A stretch of DNA of 64,000 nt from Balanoglossus misakiensis (Eukaryota > Animalia > Hemichordata). A program made the position numbers and the translations under genes. The notes under the pieces were generated by a model. That model did not search any database. It saw only the letters and a program-made list of their open reading frames with translations, and was not told the origin of the DNA. The DNA lies in contig CM082578.2 in the NCBI GenBank assembly GCA_040954595.2, forward strand, positions 14,616,998-14,680,997. Reading direction: 5' to 3'. Positions 51,221 through 63,411 of this stretch are shown piece after piece. Every line of letters starts with the position of its first letter. Position 1 is the first letter of the stretch.

Positions 51221-52264
51221 TCATATTTGCTGAGATGGTTTCTTAAAAGCTTTTGGCAGATAGGCTGTAGTGACTTGGTTCATTACGACAAGTCCTATCA
51301 ACCCTGGACAGAGAAAAGTGATATACCACACTGTGTCACTGACCTGGGACACAAACCAATTGGAGTACACACCTAGAATGAGAGTCACGCAAGCTAGGGT
51401 AAAAAGCACCAGCCCAGATGTTGCGTGGTACAACTTGAGATCTGCCAGTTTGACCATACCAGAAACCAGTTTGGGGTACATCTGTAGGGTGCCCCCTAAT
51501 GACTGCATGCAGGCATATGCTACGGTGATGACGCCAAGAAGTCCATGCCAACTTGTCAAATGAGGTTTCCCATGGATGTTCTTGTTGAGTACAATGATGA
51601 CCAGTCCACCCACTGCACATGCTATTGCAGTCACCATGTTAATCCAATGGTATTTCACCTTGGTTTTCCTCATGGCTTTTGGCAGTAGGGTGCTCTCAGG
51701 TGAGAAGAACAAAATGGCCTCTGCCATTAAGAATGCAAACTGAAAACAAAAAAAGTGAAAATCTCAAGCATGATATAAACATTTCTGCAATGTTGAAAGT
51801 GTAAAAAACCTGACTATTTAAACTCTCATTTATCACAAATATTTCACATGAAATTAAACCAAAATGTTTAAAGTAAATACTTACAGAGATACACATCAAA
51901 GTTGGATGCCAGGAAAATAAACCTTAGAAGAAGAAAGAGTAAAAAATAAAAGATTACCTGATGACAATAATTTCATTAAAATTACAAAAATGAAAAATGC
52001 TAGACATATTTCAGTTTCGGTGAAAACGAAAGCAAAAACAAAAGCTTCAACGCATCTTGGACTCCCACTCCAAGACAAGGTGTCGTAGAATATGGATGGG
52101 TTAATGTGGAACTTACTTGATCCAGGCCAAGCGTGGTATATGATGATGCCGCAAAACACGATGGAAACCAAGTGAGCAACCATGGCTAAAAATCCACAAA
52201 ATCCCATGGAACCGGATGAACCCTTCACCAGAGACGGTTTCTCTGTGTTACTCTCGTCCGCCAT
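51221..52264 (-). CDS. CYB561D2: Cytochrome b561 domain-containing protein 2-like transmembrane ferric reductase (~234 aa)
   Basis: Exons 52117-52264, 51885-51922, 51221-51739. Motifs PGSSLFSWHPTLM, MAEAILFFSPESTLL, YHW, GKPHLTSWHGLLG, LKLYHATSGLV with the four heme His. Confidence 0.92.
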
Positions 52265-52677
52265 GCATATATGCAGATGAATAAACGTAAGGTTTAAACC
52301 AATGCTAATCGACAGGGTATGCGTGGATCCTAAGGTTGAGTGAACACACACACATTCCCTTTTCCGAGTTTTGGAACTCAAAAACGAGGGTTCTTATCTG
52401 TACTTCACAAGTAGGCATTTGATGGCTTTGGCCACATAATAGGAATAGGAATATTTGAATTTTTACGTTAAAATATTATTACAAACTGGTCACCCCTATA
52501 CCGCTTAAATAATGATCTGATCTGATCCGACTCACCAAGCGTGACCTCACTCAGTTCAAAGGTTAAAGGTCGCTTCGTAAGAATAACATTGAGCCTGGCC
52601 GGACAGATGCATTTTAGTTCTTGTGAAATATAATTATAACACCTTTCTGACTAAGATGAGACTGTGATTCTGATGAA
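52265..52677. promoter_or_regulatory. Bidirectional promoter region CYB561D2/NPRL2
   Basis: Divergent start codons separated by only 413 bp. Confidence 0.75.
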
Positions 52678-55600
52678 ATGAATACCAAGAAATGCAACAA
52701 AATAAAATGCATCTTCTTCAGCGAATTTCATCCTGTTGCGGGACCCAAAATTTCGTACCAGGTAAGAAACCAAACAGTCTCAGAGCCTGGTACACATGTA
52801 CTGGTAGTGGTAGTACAGTAATTAATCATGTTTACAATGTGAAACGGGGTTGATTTGCCATGTTTCCGGCAACCCATTACAGTGAAAAGTGAACAGGTGA
52901 AGAAATATCAACAATGACGTCCAGATGATTTACTTTAGACATGTTAGATGAGCATTCTTCTAAAGTAGATAGACAAGTTTCTATTTATAGCAGATGAAAA
53001 ATTCCCTTTGGTTCATGGTTTCACTTTCAGTTTCATTTGTGATTCAGCAGGTTTTTTTTAATGCTGGAGTCATGGGTTATTAATGTTTATCCAGGGCCAA
53101 TATTACAGCAGCTTTATATCTCACAATTTTCACAGATACCAGAAGATTATATCTCCAAGGAAGTATTTGATATTTTCCATGTTTACATAATCACCAAGCC
53201 ACAGTTGCACAATAAAATTATTATGGTGTAAGTAACTTCTGACCCAAGTTGAAGTATTTTAACATCTTGCAGATGTGATGATTTCAGGTGTGGACTGTTT
53301 TACCCAGAGAGATGATCATTTTCGCTCATTTTATGCAGGAGCACGGAATTTGATAGGAAAATAGCAATTCCCATTCTGAGAAACTAAGTTTTTTCCTTTT
53401 CTTTCCAGCAATGCACTGGGTCAAAAAATCATTGGCTGTCCTGTTAGAATTGAGAGTGCTAAGTATTCGCGAAATGCATTATTGTTTAATCTGTGCTTGG
53501 TATTTGATTCCTCTGCACCTACAACACCATATTCACCAGTCGTCAAGAAACTAGCCAGCTGTTTCATTACACTTGAGGTAATCTTTTGTCTCTTCCCAGA
53601 TTTTTTATTATCATTTAAAGCCCCACTCTCTGTGGAATTTTCGGTTTACTCTGAAGGATAAGGAATTTGAGTAACCAGGGGTTGAGAGATAGTCCAGTGT
53701 GTGCCATGCTGGGGTTTCAGTGTACAGCAGTGAACTAGACCAGTGTGTACAAACTGAAGGCTGTGTGAGTCTTGTTGAATACTAGTCTACACTATATTTC
53801 TGTGGTAATGGCGTGTGCTTTTCATTTTCTTTCACAGATGGAAAGTGGCTTCCTTTCCAATGAAGGAAGCAAGTCTACCCTACCAAGTCTCTTATCAAAC
53901 CTTCTTGAACAGCTGAATACGTATGGCAAATGCTCAGTGCCTGTCAGTAAGTTAAGGTTGGAATAAATCTGAGTTTTGTTGTCCATTGTAGATCGCTGAA
54001 TATTCAACAACAGACAAAAGTGTTTTTAAAGTATAATTTCTACTTTTACACCTGTGTTTTGTCAACTGTACAGATGATGCCAATACCATACATCTGAAGG
54101 TGGTCACCATGACTGGAGACCCTCCCCTGGTGTTAGAACATCATGTACCGATGTTTGTGGAAGAAAAACATCTCTTCAAAGCAAGCTCGTGGGATCTAAC
54201 AACACAGCAGGTATGAAATGCCTAGTGTTGTAGTAAAATGGTGATACAGTGAAGGTGAAATTCAGTATCTTTTGAAATGAAAAATGCATAATCAAAAAAC
54301 AGCACCTGAAGCTTCGACATTTTAGAATATGGAAATTTCTCCTCAAATTTCAGATCCTGCCCTATATTGATGGATTTAACCACGTTTGGCGTATTGCTGT
54401 GGAGGCTGATGTACACATGAATCTAGTGAGAATGTGTATACAAAATTTAGTGTAAGTCTACCAAAGCATTGTTTTACAGAATTTAAAAATAAATTTTGAC
54501 CTAATATAGGATGTTGCAAATGTCCCCATATGTGTATGTGTGTTTGAAAGCTGTGAAACATTCCAAATACAAGTGTGTATTGTGTTAATGCTTTTTTGTT
54601 ATTGTTATTCATTCAGTTACCTGGGTGTTGTGACATTGGTACCAATATTCCAAGTGAGTAGTTACAAACTTACAGTTTCTCATATGAAAAAAGGATAAAT
54701 GTTTTTTAGCTTTTTAATATACAAACATATTTGTCTTGCCTTTGCTAAAGCTTGCATGTGAAACAATTTAGTGTTCTACTTGGAATAGATGTTTACTCAG
54801 TCAATACTTTCTCTTGATTTTCTAGTATTCCAATGTTTATACACCTACACCTGACATCAACAAGCTGATGCAGAACCAACAGTTGCAAAATGAATGTATT
54901 CATTATGTAAAAAGGAAGGGTAAGTACAATGCTTACAAGATTGAGATATACCTTTACATTCAATAAATGCCAAACTCAAAAACATGATTCTCAAACCATA
55001 TCACTTTGCAAAATTTCAGTGTTTTATTTCTTTATTTTTTCACTTTCAGATCATGAACTACCAAAGTTTCGAGATGTCTTTAAATTATACTGTGGGTTGG
55101 GATCAGGAATAACTATGGCTGTTTTTTGTGCCCGGCATAATCCACTGAATTGCAATGTTGATGAAAGGTAAAAAAATTAAATGATATTAATTTGTTATGA
55201 ATGTAAAATGCACAGTACCAGTGGATAGAGGAAACAGTTATATTTTTCAAACGCAGTAGACAAAGGTTTATTTTGGATTCTTTGTAATGTGTAATTTGGT
55301 CTCTTTTAAATGGTTTCTTCCAATTAGGCGGTTGATTCAATTTGGAGTCATGAAGGGATTGATAAGGCGTCTTCATAAATATCCAATAAAGTTGCCAAGT
55401 GCATCAACCAGTGACGCTAAACTCAAGTCATTAAATAGGTAAGTATGAAGTGCTGTCAAATTACTCAGGATTCTATCATGCTAAGGGAATATCCAAATTT
55501 AGTGATACGTAATTTGATGATTTCATTACTGATGCTCTGTACCCAAGCTATCAACAATGTACTACCGTATTGATATCTACCATTTTCTGAAAAAAATGTA

Positions 55601-55881
55601 CATTGGACCATACAGTATTTGCAAAAAGCACTGTCACTTCCCAGAATAATGGACAAACCAAAGGTATGATGACAGCGGGAATGCAGAGCAAACTGCCTTC
55701 TTATCAACACTACAAATCACACATAATCTCAGTATTTCTGATACTCTTGCAATTGTTATATTTCAGATTCTTGTTTGGTGTTCATAATTACGACGAAATA
55801 TGCTGTAAAACTGGTATGACTCACCAAGACTTGGAGGAACGATTAGAAAACCACCCAAATATAGTGATTTGCTGGAAATGA
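52678..55881 (+). CDS. NPRL2: GATOR1 subunit NPRL2 (TUSC4), ~11 exons
   Basis: Exon 1 (52678-52761) [28 protein letters not shown]; YIITKPQL; [26 protein letters not shown]; NTIHLKV; [18 protein letters not shown]; ends [12 protein letters not shown]...IVICWK*. Confidence 0.95.
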
Positions 55882-57193
55882 GATTTTTTAACTCCTTTTG
55901 GAAGCCGATATGGATTATCTTTTAGCCACATTATACTTTTTTGTTTGCAAGATCATGTCGTCTATTCTTGGGTGTCTCATTTACAAAGCTTTTGTTTTTG
56001 TGTTTCTGCTTTGGGTTACAATGCGCAATACTTTCTCAAATTCTTCAAAACCCAATGTAAATACAGCAAATACAATACCAGTGTGTATTTACACTTCCCT
56101 TAATTTTTATCATGATCCAAAGTGCAAAACCTGCAAGAGAAATGCCTGAGCGCCCTCTAGAGTTATAGCGATATATGTACCGGTAATCTTGAATTGTATC
56201 CTTGCCAATGGAAATATTTTTAATGACAATTAAACTGCAGCAAGATTATTAAACAATTACTTTCAGAAACTTCAGTTGTATATAGTGCTTCTTAAAAGAC
56301 AACCACCCATTGCTTGCGTTGGAGTTATTGCAGGTTCACAAGAAAAGGCTACCATACCGTGATACGGTTTTTTGCAAAATATATACAGTACATACAATCA
56401 TGTCAAATATTAGCAGATGGTGTTTATTCCAAGACCTTTGGCCCATAATTTCAATTTGTAAGTTTCTGTTGACCACTTGCAATATTGACGCCGATTTTTC
56501 ACGTTGATCACTTAAAATATCAGTTTGTAGGCAATCATATCATCAGTAAGAAATATATGTAAGTACTGGCTGTTGCTATAATTTATGCATTTCCAAAAAG
56601 TGTATATTTTAATGTCCAAAGGATATTACCAACAACTCCATGGCAACAGTATTGGCCAGATAATTGTCAGCAGGCGTACAGTGATAAACTTATCTGGCCA
56701 ATCGGACACGTCAGGAGAGTTATCATTCTGGGGAACGAGGTAAAGCCCTCTTAGGCCGCAAATGTAAACAAAATACTGCGCAAGTTACTCTAAATTATAC
56801 CAGGATTATTATTGTACAGGGAAGCTGGTATCATCTTTTGAAACCAGTTCTTTGGGGAAAATTTCATTAAAATGCACTTTTTAGTAGAAAACCTGTCACT
56901 AAGTCCGAAAATTTTGACGTATTTTGTGAGACATGCGCGTTTTAGTTTTAATGATTTACTGAAATACTCGAACGAGGATACAAACACAGTGTGGTGTGGG
57001 AAATCATGTGAAGTGTACAGGGGTAAGAGGTAACTGGCGTACCACTAAGAGAATATTAGTGTGGCGCGTTTCAGCCATACGATTTATAAAATCGCATACT
57101 TTGTGGTAAACTTGAGTTACCCACCCCGATCGCCAGATCAGAAACACTGTATTTACAAGCGTATCTGTTTTAGTTGATATCTAGTCGATAACG

Positions 57194-60037
57194 ATGGCCC
57201 AGCGGCGTCCGTTTGATCCTGAAGCCCACGACTTGGATAAGAATTTCCGACTAACGAAGTTCACCGAATTGAAAGGATGAGGGTGTAAAGTTCCTCAGGA
57301 GGCACTGCTCAAACTCCTCGAGGGACTTACACAGGACGATCAAGTGCCTGATGAACAACAACAATACTTGAGTCCGGCCGTACCACGCTTTGGTAAGTAC
57401 GTCGATGTACAGTTGAGAAAGTGACTTCTTTGGGTTTGTCTTGGGAGGTCCTGTCCTTACCCGGGAAGGCGATGTCCCCGGTAAACATGTGCCGCGATTT
57501 GACGCAATCGGGATCGTAAAACTTCGCGGAAATGAACAGATTTTATTGAAAAGACCCCTAACGAAGCCATTATTTACTTAACTGTGTGATAAGTGGTGGA
57601 AAGGATGAAATTAAATCCCTAAGAAGGCAAAATTTGTGTTGTATCTGTGTGACAGCGATGAGACAAAGAAAATGGCGCCTAGGCAGCCCCAGGAAGGCAA
57701 CCCAGCCAGCTGCGTAAACGCCGCGTCTGATCCCTGGGATATCATTTGCATAATTATGCAGACACATGGTGTCTGCTGACAGATGAACATCGACACGATT
57801 GTGTCGATGTTCATCTGTCAGTGCATACGCTCAACGCAACATAGGCGTTGGTATAGAAACGCGCACAACAGGAAACATGTTGTACATCATCAAAGTATAA
57901 AACAGCTACCAGTAGGCAAATGTTTACCTGGTACCTTTTATTATATTGAAAAAGGCCTTCTGTCAATTTTGGTGAAGTTGTAAAACTGCATAATTCGTTA
58001 AATGAATGGACACACATGTAAAGTGATATACTAAAATTGTATGTATATTTCCTATTACATGTAGTATTTACTTCTAAATGGTTAATTTTGCTGAATCGTG
58101 TGACAGCTCGAATTTATTTGTCGTGATTGACGTCATAATGAAAGTTGTTTTATGTACACAGGTATTGGCATGGACTGCAGTATTACTCCATTGCGTCATG
58201 GTGGCCTATCTTTGGTGCAAACAACAGATTTCTTTTATCCACTAGTAGATGATCCATACATGATGGTAGGTAGCAGCTAATGAGCTTTAAGTATATTTCA
58301 ATGGAACAAAATGGATTTTTTGTTACACTAGTAGTAGTCTAGCGGATACTTTATTTCTACATGTTTTTTTTTAGAAGTCATGAATTTAGATACAGTGCTG
58401 GTACAGTAGCTGATCTTTTATCTTCACATTCTGAGTGACACCTACACTTTCTCCACAGGGGAGGATTGCTGCTGCCAACACCCTGAGTGACTTGTATGCA
58501 ATGGGAGTGACTGAGTGCGACAATGTGCTCATGTTACTGGGTGTACCACAGAAGTTTTCAGAAAAAGAGCGTGATGTAGTTGTCCCATTGATGATGAGAG
58601 GCTTCAAGGTACGTGTCTACTCAATTCCTGCCAACCCATGAACACAACGCTGATATACCATCTTTGAAACTCTCTTAGTCATTTCACCACCATGCCTTGC
58701 AGTTTAGCTGTGAAAGAAATGAAGTTGCCAGTTGTGTACAAAATTGCTGTGGCAGATACCCCATTGATCAATAATTTACATACTAATGTCTGTTTGTGTG
58801 ATACTCCCAGGATGCAGCTGAAGAGGCAGGCAGCAGTGTGACTGGTGGCCAGACTGTAATAAGTCCCTGGTGTATGCTTGGTGGTGTAGCTACAACTGTG
58901 TGCCAGGCTAATGAATTCATCTCGTGAGTAGCATTTCAACTCTTGACTTCGCAATCTCTGACAATTACAGGGTAGCTAAAATACTCTGGCACAATCAACT
59001 TCTTTGTACATAAATAATTAATTTCATATTCTAACCCCCCTTTTTTGCTATTTGACAGTCCCGATAGTGCTGTAGTTGGCGATGTGTTGGTGATGACAAA
59101 ACCTCTGGGTACACAGGTAGCAGTGAATGCCCACCAGTGGTTAGAAATCCCAGACAAATGGAACCGTATCAGACTGGTTGTCACTGCTGAAGATGTTGAG
59201 AGAGCCTATCAGGAGGCAATGTACAACATGTCAAGACTCAATAGAACAGGTATTCTTACTTCTTTATCGGAACAAAATGAGACTTGGTATCATTTGTCTG
59301 TTATGATACTTCATCAGTATCAAACTCTTACCAGTACCACTTAAAACTTGGTTGACAACAATATCAAGATTTTCAGCTTCTGAACTGATTTGGTACTCGA
59401 TACACAGTTTTGTTGCAAAAGTATTGCAGGAACACAAAAACTCAAAGGGAAGACTTGTTTAGTGTAACATGGCACCCCCTCCCCCAAATACTGTTATGAA
59501 GTCAACATGAAAATCTGTTCTATTACAGCTGCCCATCTGATGCACAAGTACAACGCCCATGGAGCCACAGATATCACAGGGTTTGGCATCATTGGACATG
59601 CCAAGAACTTGGCGCGCCACCAGAAAAATGAAGTGTCATTTGTGATCCATAATTTACCAATCATCGCTAAGATGTCAGCTGTTGGAAAAGCCTGTGGAAA
59701 CATGTTCAGTCTTCTGCAGGGAAGTTCACCAGAAACATCAGGTAAAGAATGAATATTTGTTTTGTACAAGGCAATGAAAAACAAGAAAAAAAGTGTTCTT
59801 CAGTACAATATTTATAGGCCTGTACACCTGATACAGAGTGCTTCATTTGTTTGTTTGATAGGTGGTTTGTTGATCTGTCTGCCCCGAGAGCAGGCTGCTG
59901 CTTTCTGTAAAGATATTGAGAAGAAAGATGGCCACTCAGCTTGGATCATTGGAATTGTGGAGAAGGGACAACGTACAGCCAGGATCATCGACAAGCCCAG
60001 GTGCATCGAAGTCACAACCAAAATGACTGATGGCTAA
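57194..60037 (+). CDS. SEPHS2: Selenophosphate synthetase, Sec-containing (SPS2-type); UGA at codon 29
   Basis: Exons 57194-57392, 58162-58265, 58459-58608, 58811-58923, 59059-59249, 59529-59741, 59862-60037. Exon 1 reads [29 protein letters not shown](TGA 57278-57280)-GCKVPQ; then [50 protein letters not shown]. Exon 1 is missed by the ORF track because of the UGA. Confidence 0.95.
57281..57332 (+). promoter_or_regulatory. GGGUGU hexanucleotide plus Sec recoding element (SRE)-like hairpin just 3' of the UGA
   Basis: GUGUAA(A)GUUCCUC-AGGAG pairs with CUCCU(C)GAGGGAC-UUACAC, about 18 bp with two bulges and a 12-nt loop. Confidence 0.75.
57730..57821. repeat. Cluster of palindromes including a perfect 21-bp inverted repeat (SEPHS intron 1)
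   Basis: CTGACAGATGAACATCGACAC-GATT-GTGTCGATGTTCATCTGTCAG (57776-57821) plus three shorter dyads immediately upstream. Confidence 0.9.
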
Positions 60038-60451
60038 AGCTGACATGTTATAAACTCTTTTTAGCGTTAAACATCTCGACTGCATTTTCAGCAGGGGGGG
60101 GGGGGGCACATGGGTGTGCGAGAATAATAATAATTGAATTCTGTCAAAAGTCATGCTTTTCCAAATGGATGATTTCTGAAATTCCAAGACAAAAACATGA
60201 GAAGGTGGGATATATACATACAGCTGCTGGGCACATTTCTAATGACCTTGTTTTACCAATCATGTGTTATACACAAAACTGCCAATTGTGAACAGAGATT
60301 ATTTTTAAATGATAGTAGACAAATGTAAAACATTGGCAGCCTTCTGCATCAACAGGAAAGAAAGATGCATCTTAATTCCAGAAAGAATTGAGCAGCTTTC
60401 CGGGAATTGAGTACATTTTGTAGCCGTTTTTGTAATTGAGATACGTCACAT

Positions 60452-60543
60452 GTTTGTGGATTCTCTCCGTGAAGCTATCTTGGACAAGCGCCGTTGACCT
60501 AACGGTGACCTGAGATGGTGGATTTTTTCGAGAGTCTATGAAC
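60452..60543 (+). promoter_or_regulatory. SECIS element, type II, GUGA core
   Basis: Helix I GUUUGUGGAUUCUC/GAGAGUCUAUGAAC (14 bp); core GUGAA (60469)...GGAU (60520); helix II GCUAUCUUGG/CUGAGAUGGU (10 bp); unpaired AA at 60486-60487; apical ministem CGCCGUU/AACGGUG; AATAAA at 60613. Confidence 0.88.
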
Positions 60544-62537
60544 CAAACGTGCATGTTAATCTCAATAGACTTCCAGTGTTCTACCAATATTTCTTGTAGA
60601 ATGACAAATACCAATAAAGATTGAAAAAAGCAAATTCATCAATGAGTGCTATTTTGGGACTTCCCTTGAGGGGGGTATCCACGAATGAGATGCAGGTCTG
60701 ACTCATATATGTCTGGAAGTAATTTTATTCTCTTCACTTTAATATTAACTCACCCATTCTCACGGAAACCCTCCACTTTTATCAAATTACATGCCAAAAA
60801 TCAATCATGCTCTCTTGAATATGTACAATGTATTCTAACCCACCCTGCACAACAAATGGGTGCACTCCCACTGTCCTCATCAGTAACAGTATTAATGGAC
60901 CAATGCACCCAGAAATGGGGGTGAAACGGTTAATCAAAACGTGTTTAACTCGCATTAACACCAAAGTGGCTAATGAAACAAATGGGTTTTACGAAACTTA
61001 TAAAATACAAGAGAAAGGAAAAGTACAAATGATAAAACTAATATATTTTCATGCAATAACCATAGAAGTAACATTACAAAATAATGTACTATGGTAATAC
61101 TTCAAGACCTTTTCAAAATTGTGTTAAAAAGTTTTTTGGGATGCGAACCTTGTATTTCATGAAAACCATTTAAGTATTGCCTCAAAAGAACAAAATTCTA
61201 TAAAAATACCTATTACATAACAAGATGTTTTGACACATCATTCCCCTCCCCCATAATCCCATATCATGGGAAATGAATATGTTAATGCACTTAAATTTGG
61301 TTGATAAACTCAAAAAGGCGTTTATCAACTCTGCAAAGGTAAAGATAAATTACAACAAGCAAAGTTTCAGCTTCTACAGTGATGCCGTTCTTTTTTGAGT
61401 GCAAATGAACAGGGACTTTATCTGTTCACTCTCTATGAGTGAAGAAGTGCTCTGGAAGTGTTCATCACTAGTGGCTGATATGGGGAAATCACCCATTATT
61501 CTCTTGTCTATGCATGCAGCCATTTGGTGGCCATGAACCGAGGAAGGCTACTACAACCACATCCTTGATGAAATGGGTTAGTATGTCACCAAAGTCGAAC
61601 ATGTATGCAATGATGCCCTATGGACCTGGCCTTTGCCCATGCTCACACTGGTAACACAAACATCCTCTTCTTTTTAGGCATCAATTCTTTTTGGTAACTC
61701 AACAATGCACAGATACAAATAAAACAAGGTGTCCTAACTGGATGTGAGAATGTTTAAGGAATGAAATGACATTTCAGCTACGTAATGAAGTCATGCTTTG
61801 GCAGGAAAAATATGTACTCGGCATGCAAATATTTGTGAAATTGGACTGCAAATGTGCAAAGTGCCCACTTGGGTCAGAAATGTATGCTATAATATTCATA
61901 CACTATTAGATTATAAAGAATTGGTCATGAAATCTGTTTGATGAACAGGGTTATCAACATCCCCACAACTCTGTGAAAGGGATGTCTATTTACAAAACAT
62001 AACTTCATATCCTCATATTAATTACATGTATAATATTATAAATTAAATCATTTAGACTGTTTCCACTTTACACAAATATTGTCTACACTGGCTGACAAAT
62101 AAATAGAAATTCATAAAATGGAAGGAAAGAAAAGTATTCCTGATGCCATTTTTCTTTCTCTGTGTTATCTGGTCTTTTGCTTGAGAAATTTTGCACAAAT
62201 AGAAGATCTCTACTTGTTCTGTTTCACCTCAATCTAACCATTATGTAAATCCCATTCCACTCACAAAATACCTTCTTCACTTCACTCCAACTGTAACTGT
62301 CACAAAAAGTGCTCTTTTTCCTTCCATTTCATTCCTTGCGTTTCCCTTTCTCAGGCAAAACTGCACATGACAGTAGCACATGCACAGTCAAGTGAGTTTC
62401 CAATTAACAAGGAGGCATCGGCTCTTGAAGACAGAGTGAAAAAGCACACTTTTTTTCCAATGGTCCTGACCTTCCCACTGCAATACACCCGTCACTGGCT
62501 GCACACACCCCTAACGACTTGCTTTGCCTAAACCAAT

Positions 62538-63411
62538 TCAATCGCTGTCTGTCATTTCTTCGCCAGGCTCACCCTCCACCCTAATCTTGCTTTCATTCCT
62601 GGAGTTGTCTGAGGCAGATTTGCCGTTGTTTTTGACAGGCAGACTTTCTGTCATGTCTGGTGTCATGGGTGGGGTTGCAGGGGTTGTTGGTCCTTGGTCT
62701 TCCATACTTGGCCATGATGTCTGCTCTTCCACACGACTAAGACGCTCATTCAAAGCTCTGAGAGCAAGTTGCCTATAGGAGAATTGCAAGCAAATACACC
62801 TTACTTTTTCTTGCGACAGCGTGATTCCTTACAACTTCCGAAAATATATCAAAGGTCCAAGATGTATCTGGTTTCTTTTACAGGATTAGATCACACTAAA
62901 ATACAGCAAGGGTTATCTACACTTATGTTTTTTTAACTAATGTTACAGCCAGACAATATAAAAACACCAACCTCCGTCTTTCTGCATCATTGGGATCACT
63001 TCCTGGCAAGCTGATTGTTATTGAGGATGGGGCACCCACATCATACTTTCTAACTTGCTTCTTACAGATCCTGGCTTTCACAAGACCACTATGAACTGAG
63101 AGATGAGTAACAATAATTCAATAGAAGTCTTGACATTGAAACACTTGCAAAGCGTTGGTATGCACTAAACTAAACTACAAGAAATCCATATCTGAAAATT
63201 GCAGCAGTCAGTTTTTTTCTTATTGTCAATCAACTATGACAATGACTCTAACTTATTCCAACAAACTCACCAGTGTTAGCCAGGATAGCGATAGGTGGTT
63301 GTATTTTTTCAGGAAAGAACATGGCAAATGTAAAGGTGTCAGACATATCTCCCCTGGAGTTGTCACTTTGTTTTTGATAAAATCGAAGATAAATCCAGCT
63401 AACCACTGTAC
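62538..63411 (-). CDS. TMEM115: TMEM115 (Golgi rhomboid-like pseudoprotease), last three coding exons; 5' part beyond the window
   Basis: Exons 63271-63411 (SWIYLRFYQ...RGDMSDTFTFAMFFPE), 62972-63095 (YDVGAPSSITISLPGSDPNDAERR), 62538-62772 (RQLALRALNERLSRVEEQTSWPSME); phases compatible. Confidence 0.93.

Noticed and set aside
57278-57280. In-frame TGA as a pseudogene lesion
   Set aside because: It sits at the known Sec/Cys position (U-x-x-K), the rest of the gene is intact, and a SECIS is present.
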